Shown here: positions 58,792 through 64,000 of the stretch, in pieces
Position numbering within the stretch: the first letter of the stretch is position 1
Layout of the letters: each line of letters begins with the position of its first letter
Origin: a bacterium
GTDB lineage: Bacteria > UBA8248
Direction of reading: 5' to 3'
DNA length: 64,000 nucleotides
Assembly: GCA_965200245.1 (NCBI GenBank)
Contig: CBDATS010000008.1
Coordinates: 333,183-397,182, forward strand
The notes under the pieces: model-generated
Told to the model about the DNA's origin: nothing
The model's input: only the letters and a program-made list of their open reading frames with translations
Databases searched by the model: none
Made by a program: the position numbers and the translations under genes

Positions 58792-60436
58792 GGCGAGCGG
58801 ACACGTGGATGTCTTCGCACGGGACAATCTGCCGCCTGAATCCCTGTGGCCGGAGATGGACTACGGCGTACTGCCCGAACTGGCCGCCTATCCCGCGCGG
58901 ATCAATGCGGGCGCCGTCCTCATCGACGATATGGCGAGGGGAGAGCAGGCCGCGCGGCCCGCGATTCATTACGGCGAGACGCTTTGGAGTTACGGCGCGC
59001 TTTTGGAGAATGCCAATCGCATCGCTTCCGTCTTGTGTGAGCGCTTTGGCCTCGTTCCCGGAAATCGCGTGCTTCTTCGCTCATCGAACCACCCGACCCT
59101 CGTGGCCGCGTGCCTGGCTGTCCTGAAGGCGGGTGGCATCGTGATTCCGACCATGCCGGTGATGCGCGAGCGCGAACTGGCCTATGTACTGGATAAAGCG
59201 CGAGTCGGTTTCGCGATTTGCGACAAGAAGTTAAGCACGGATTTGCTCGCGGCAGCCAGGTCTTCAGAGTCACTGGAAAACGTCGTCCTGTTCGGGGGAG
59301 ACGAGCCCGAGGGACTTGAAACCCTGATGGACCGGGCCTCGCCGGAATTCCAGAATGCGGACACGGCGGCGGACGATGTGGCCCTCATCGGCTTCACCTC
59401 GGGTTCTACGGGCACGCCCAAGGGCACGGTCCATTTTCACCGCGATCTGCTCGCCGTGGCGGACACGTTTCCGAAATACCTCTTCGGCCTCGGGCCCGAC
59501 GACGTTGTTTGCGGCAGTCCGCAGATCGCCTTTTTGTACGGGTTTTGCGCCTTTATCACCGACGCCCTGCGCTTCGGTGCTTCCTCGGTTCTGCTTAAGC
59601 GGGGGACGCCGCGTGATCTGCTGGAAGCCATCGAGAGATACAGGGGGACGGTGTGCTTCAGCACGCCCTCTGGCTACAAGCAGATGCTGGACATCGCGGA
59701 AGGATACGAGCTCTCCAGCCTGCGCGCCTGCATCGGGGGAGGAGAGCCGCTAGAGCCTTCGGTGTTCCGCGAATGGCGCGAGCGCACGGGGGTTTCGATC
59801 ATCAATGGTCTGGGAATATCGGAGCTTTTGCACATCTTTATCTCGGCGAGTGGAACAGATATCCGCCCCAGCAAGATCGGCCGCGCAGTGCCTGGTTACC
59901 AGGTACGCGTGGTGGATGAGGGGATGCGCGACACACCACCCGGCGAGGTAGGCCAGATGATCGTGAAAGGCCCCACCGGGTGCCGCTATCTCGACGACCC
60001 CGAACGCCAGCGCAACTATGTGCGCGAGGGCTGGAACCTGACGGGCGACCTCTGCCGCGTAGATGCAGAGGGCTATATCTCCTTCGAGGCGCGAACCGAC
60101 GACATGATCAACACCGGGGGATACAACGTCTCAGGCCTGGAGGTGGAAGCCGTTTTGCTGGAACACCCCAGGGTTCGCGAATGCGCGGTGGTCGGCTCGC
60201 CGAACGCAGAGCGCGGGGAGATCGTGAAGGCATTCATCGTTCTCTCCGGCGACTTGTGCACCGAAACCCCCGAGACGCAAGACATAATCGTCCGTGAACT
60301 TCAGGATTTCGTGAAGGCACAGCTTGCACCCTACAAATACCCGAGAGCGGTGGAATTTCTGGAAAGCCTGCCCTTGACCGCCACTGGCAAGATACAAAGG
60401 GGCGCCTTGCGTAAGCTCGAGAAAGAACGCGCGTAG
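58781..60436 (+). CDS. AMP-binding enzyme, 2-aminobenzoate/benzoate-CoA ligase-like
   Basis: N-terminal S.HVD.FARDNLPP...WP typical of 2-aminobenzoate-CoA ligases; FTSGSTG.PKG..HFHRD, GWN.TGD, APYKYPR, TGK. Confidence 0.85.
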   Translation: MSAEASGHVDVFARDNLPPESLWPEMDYGVLPELAAYPARINAGAVLIDDMARGEQAARPAIHYGETLWSYGALLENANRIASVLCERFGLVPGNRVLLRSSNHPTLVAACLAVLKAGGIVIPTMPVMRERELAYVLDKARVGFAICDKKLSTDLLAAARSSESLENVVLFGGDEPEGLETLMDRASPEFQNADTAADDVALIGFTSGSTGTPKGTVHFHRDLLAVADTFPKYLFGLGPDDVVCGSPQIAFLYGFCAFITDALRFGASSVLLKRGTPRDLLEAIERYRGTVCFSTPSGYKQMLDIAEGYELSSLRACIGGGEPLEPSVFREWRERTGVSIINGLGISELLHIFISASGTDIRPSKIGRAVPGYQVRVVDEGMRDTPPGEVGQMIVKGPTGCRYLDDPERQRNYVREGWNLTGDLCRVDAEGYISFEARTDDMINTGGYNVSGLEVEAVLLEHPRVRECAVVGSPNAERGEIVKAFIVLSGDLCTETPETQDIIVRELQDFVKAQLAPYKYPRAVEFLESLPLTATGKIQRGALRKLEKERA

Positions 60437-60742
60437 GCCCGGGCGAACTGACGTTTGCGCTCCATTGGTGGTTGCGCCGTTCGCTTCAGAGTTGTTTGCG
60501 AGCATAGAGGAAGTGCAGCACCTCATCCCAGAGCCTTGCGGCAGCTTTTGTAAAATGCTACGCTAACTACATCATAATTATTAAATCGTCCTGTATCCTT
60601 TCGGTGTCACTGTTTCTCCTGAGCAGAGGAATCGAAGGAAAACCGAATTTTCCCGATACGCCGAATGCGCCCCGCTTCGGGGCGTTGAGTGAGTTCATGA
60701 CGGAAGCCGCGCAACCTGCGGCCCAAAGGGGAGGCTGAAATC

Positions 60743-61792
60743 GTGGATACAAGAACGAACGTACGGGGTCTCATTTTCAAGTCGGTTTTGGCGGTAATCC
60801 TGGGGGTGGCGTTCGCCTTCACTGCCGTCACGCCTTCGGAATCGGCTGTCAAGCGGGTCGTCATCACCCAGGCGGTCGAGAGTCTTGCCTTCGTCAGCAA
60901 CTATGTGGCGCGCGCGAACGGCTATTTCGCCGAGGAAGGGCTGGCCGCAGAGGTCATCTCCACGCGGGGTGGCGGGCCGGACATCAAGGCCAACCTCGCG
61001 GGTCAGGCGGATTTCTCCATAGCGGCAGGAACCTACCAGATCAACGCCGTGAAGGCGGGCGGACGTCTGGTCGCGGTGATGAGTTGTCTCAACCGTAGCA
61101 TCGTCAACTCCGCCATCCGCAAGGATGTCGCCAAGAAACTCGGTATCACGGCCAAGACACCCTACAAGGAAAAACTCAAGAAGCTGAAAGGCCTCACCGT
61201 GGGTGCCACGCGTCCCGGCGCGCTCACCTACAACCAGGGTGAATACTGGATCCGCCAGGCCGGCTACACGCCCAACAAGGAGGTGAAGCTTATCGGCGCG
61301 GGCGCGGGTCCGGTACTCATCGCAGCACTGCAGCGCAACAAGATTCAGGTGGCGATCCAGACGATTCCCGTACCGGAGACGGCCATATTCAAGGGCATCG
61401 GAATTCCCTTCATCACGAACTCCGCCGGCGATGACCCGGAGATGGACCAGTTCATGATGGAGGTCCTGCTCGTGCGGCCCGATTATGCCAAGAAAAACCC
61501 CGAGACCGTCCGCAAGGTGGTCCGGGCGCTTCTCAAGGCCAATAACTGGATTGCCAAGCACAGCGCAGAAGATATTCGCAAGAAGATACAGCTCTACTTT
61601 GCGAAGACCGACAAGAACCTGCTGCGCGTAAGCATAGAGGCGGTGAAGAAAGCCGTCTCGCTGGACGGAAAAATCACCCAGCGCGCGGTGGACATCACAC
61701 AGAATCTGCTCATCGCCGCAGGCAAACTCAAGAAGGCGTTCCCTAGGAGCACCCTGGTGACGGACGAATTTCTGCCCGGCAAGAAAATGTGA
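60743..61792 (+). CDS. NitT/TauT-type ABC substrate-binding protein
   Basis: Signal peptide; YVA...GYF.EEGL, LKG..VG.TRPG; GGAGG RBS before GTG. Confidence 0.9.
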   Translation: MDTRTNVRGLIFKSVLAVILGVAFAFTAVTPSESAVKRVVITQAVESLAFVSNYVARANGYFAEEGLAAEVISTRGGGPDIKANLAGQADFSIAAGTYQINAVKAGGRLVAVMSCLNRSIVNSAIRKDVAKKLGITAKTPYKEKLKKLKGLTVGATRPGALTYNQGEYWIRQAGYTPNKEVKLIGAGAGPVLIAALQRNKIQVAIQTIPVPETAIFKGIGIPFITNSAGDDPEMDQFMMEVLLVRPDYAKKNPETVRKVVRALLKANNWIAKHSAEDIRKKIQLYFAKTDKNLLRVSIEAVKKAVSLDGKITQRAVDITQNLLIAAGKLKKAFPRSTLVTDEFLPGKKM

Positions 61793-61815
61793 GCGAAGAC
61801 CCTAGACTCTGAAAA

Positions 61816-61853
61816 CCGCCGGGGAGAGGTCGTTTGGCGACCCTCCCCGGCGG
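61816..61853 (+). other. Stem-loop after SBP gene
   Basis: CCGCCGGGGAG-aGGTCG ... CGACC-CTCCCCGGCGG. Confidence 0.65.
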
Positions 61854-61869
61854 CGGAGATTCATGCCCA

Positions 61870-62673
61870 GTGCCTCCAATTCTATCCATCAGGAATCTGC
61901 ACAAGGAATTCTTCTCGCGGGGAAACCGCGTCGTCGCCGTCGAGGATCTGGATCTCGACATCGAGGCCGGCGAGTTTCTCACCATAGTGGGGCCGAGCGG
62001 TTGCGGGAAATCTACGCTGCTCAACTGCATCATCGGACTGGTACACCCCACCTCGGGCGTCATCACCTACAAGGACAAGAAGCTCCACGGCATCAACACC
62101 GAGATTGGCTACGTGCCGCAGTCGGACTATCTCTACGCCTGGCGCACGCTCATCAATAACGTCGCCTTTGCGCTGGAGATGCGAGGCGTGGACCAGAAGA
62201 CCAGGCATGACAGGGCGCGCGAGTATATCCAGCGCGTGGGTCTGGCGGGCTTCGAGGATCACTACCCCCACGAACTCTCGGGCGGCATGCGCCAGCGGGC
62301 CAACATCATCCGCACTCTTATCTATGATCCTGACGTCATTCTGATGGACGAGCCTTTTGGGCCGCTCGACGCCCAGACGCGTATCATCTTGCAGGATCAA
62401 CTGCTCAAGCTCTGGCGCGACGAGCGAAAGACCGTCATCTTCATCACACACGACCTCGTCGAGGCCATCGCGCTGGCGGATCGGGTGGTTGTCATGACGA
62501 GCCGGCCCGGCAAACTCAAGAGCATTACCAAAGTAGATATCCCGCGTCCGCGCGACGTGTTCACCATCCACAGGGAGGAAGCCTTCCGCAAGACCTACGA
62601 TCAACTGTGGCTGGAATTGCGCGAGGAGGTTCAGCGCAGCGAGGACTGGATGAACAACGGATCCGCGAATTAA
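61870..62673 (+). CDS. NitT/TauT-type ABC ATPase
   Basis: [33 protein letters not shown]; start uncertain. Confidence 0.93.
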   Translation: MPPILSIRNLHKEFFSRGNRVVAVEDLDLDIEAGEFLTIVGPSGCGKSTLLNCIIGLVHPTSGVITYKDKKLHGINTEIGYVPQSDYLYAWRTLINNVAFALEMRGVDQKTRHDRAREYIQRVGLAGFEDHYPHELSGGMRQRANIIRTLIYDPDVILMDEPFGPLDAQTRIILQDQLLKLWRDERKTVIFITHDLVEAIALADRVVVMTSRPGKLKSITKVDIPRPRDVFTIHREEAFRKTYDQLWLELREEVQRSEDWMNNGSAN

Positions 62674-62698
62674 GCGATTGGATGAGAGGGGGATTACC

Positions 62699-63778
62699 AT
62701 GGTCGACATGACCAATAAAGAGGCGAGCGAGGCGAAGCAAGGGGAAGGGGGAACTTCTGCCCGCGTCAGACTACCCAAGTGGGGTGAGTTTTTGCTGACG
62801 ATCCCCCTGCCGGGCGTTCCCCAGATCTGGCGGGGCGATTATCTGATAGGCGCGCTTCTGCTGGGTCTCACGGCGGCCGGCTACATGATGTGCTCCGTTA
62901 CGGGCATGTTCTTTCATGCCATCGCCTTCGTGGACGTCTCCATCACGCGCACAGGTCGCATCATCAAGAACTCGCGCCTGCGCATGTTCGCCTACCGGGC
63001 CTCTTTCGCGGGCGGCTTCCTGGCGATGTGGGAACTAAGCGCCCTGGAGATCGGTCCCAAGCAGTGGCTCTGCGTCGATCCGTTCTGGTTCGGATCGCCC
63101 CTGCGCGTACTGAGCTATCTCGTCGAAATAACGATCTCGGGCAGCATCTTCATTGACACGTGGACAACGATGTACGAGGCATTTCTGGGCTACGTGCTCG
63201 GCGCGATACTGGGCATTGCCCTGGGCTTCATCCTAGCAAGGCTTGAGACCCTCGCCGAAATACTCGACCCCTTCATCGTGGCGGTGAACGGCATTCCCCG
63301 CGTGGCGATGGCACCGATTCTCATCATCTGGTTCGGCATCGGGGTGGAGTCGAAGATAGTACTGGCGGTGAGCCTGGTGTTGTTCCTGACCTTCATGAAC
63401 ACCTACTCGGGACTCAGAGGCGTGGATCCGAACCTCAAAAACCTCGCTCAGGTGATGGGCGCGAACGAGATGCAGGTTCTCTGGAAAGTCACGCTGCCTG
63501 CTGCGATGCCCTGGATACTCACAGGCCTCAAGATTGGAGTTCCCTTCGCCATCATCGGGGCTATCCTGGGCGAATTCATGGCGGCGAGCAAGGGGCTGGG
63601 TTTTATGATCCAGCACACGAGCAACCTGTTCAACATCGCGGGTTCTTTCGCAGGTCTCATCCTTCTCATGTTCATCGTGCTGATCGCCAACGCTGCGGTG
63701 AACTGGCTCGAGCGCTATCTCCTGCGCTGGCGGCCCAAGCAGCAGGCCGCGGGTGAAGGCGCGACAGACGTGTATTAG
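62699..63778 (+). CDS. NitT/TauT-type ABC permease with N-terminal extra TM region
   Basis: PRVA.AP....WFG.G, V.LP.A.PWI..GL, GE......GLG. Confidence 0.92.
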   Translation: MVDMTNKEASEAKQGEGGTSARVRLPKWGEFLLTIPLPGVPQIWRGDYLIGALLLGLTAAGYMMCSVTGMFFHAIAFVDVSITRTGRIIKNSRLRMFAYRASFAGGFLAMWELSALEIGPKQWLCVDPFWFGSPLRVLSYLVEITISGSIFIDTWTTMYEAFLGYVLGAILGIALGFILARLETLAEILDPFIVAVNGIPRVAMAPILIIWFGIGVESKIVLAVSLVLFLTFMNTYSGLRGVDPNLKNLAQVMGANEMQVLWKVTLPAAMPWILTGLKIGVPFAIIGAILGEFMAASKGLGFMIQHTSNLFNIAGSFAGLILLMFIVLIANAAVNWLERYLLRWRPKQQAAGEGATDVY

Positions 63779-63814
63779 GGTGGATTTCCCGCGGTAAGAT
63801 AAGTGACTGGTTTG

Positions 63815-63847
63815 AAGGGGCGGGCAGATGTGTCCGCCCCTTTTTTC
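63815..63847 (+). terminator. Rho-independent terminator
   Basis: AAGGGGCGGGCA-gatg-TGTCCGCCCCTTTTTTT. Confidence 0.8.
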
Positions 63848-64000
63848 ATATCAGATGTTTCTGTAGAGACAATCTTCTTTGCTGTCCGGATTTTTTGCGC
63901 TTATCCCTGTGAATGGAATAAACGGCGGGATTGATCCATCGGATGGGTACGGGGCCCGCACCTACAGATTCCACATCTGTCGAAAGAATATTTTCATCGT

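Noticed and set aside
1-64000. CRISPR array or rRNA
   Set aside because: No regularly spaced repeat-spacer series and no rRNA-like sequence seen

Overview
A GC-rich, gene-dense bacterial chromosomal window. It is dominated by ABC transporters and catabolic oxidoreductases/hydrolases of unknown substrate. The style suggests a heterotroph, possibly a host-associated Nitrospinota/Tectomicrobia-like lineage, but that is weak inference. Main blocks: (1) a periplasmic binding protein plus sensor kinase and a STAS protein; (2) epimerases and malQ; (3) a GntR/HutC-associated catabolic locus (9.5-25.3 kb) with a Dpp-type transporter and an orphan tRNA-Sec (selC); (4) a sugar-type ABC transporter; (5) a complete phoBR-pstSCAB-phoU locus, preceded by two identically built Pho-box promoters that bracket a candidate ncRNA or leader; (6) a panE-like gene broken by one in-frame TAG inside a hairpin; (7) a second Dpp cassette; (8) a YHS gene whose 3' end is duplicated around an 0.83 kb insert; (9) a hydantoinase B/A pair split by a 5.3 kb decayed island (amber-interrupted HExxH lipoprotein, IS1595 remnant, VapC tail, SLATT-like 2TM protein plus Pro-rich micro-ORF, Fic); (10) an LLM enzyme, an anthranilate-CoA ligase-like enzyme and a NitT/TauT transporter. 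I saw no CRISPR array, rRNA or intact mobile element. All family calls come from motif recognition by eye, not database searches. No clearly complete novel system is provable here. The best leads are the tandem Pho promoters with the candidate RNA, the SLATT-like/micro-ORF pair, the amber-interrupted genes, the YHS-targeted insertion and the uniformly Lys-rich binding proteins.
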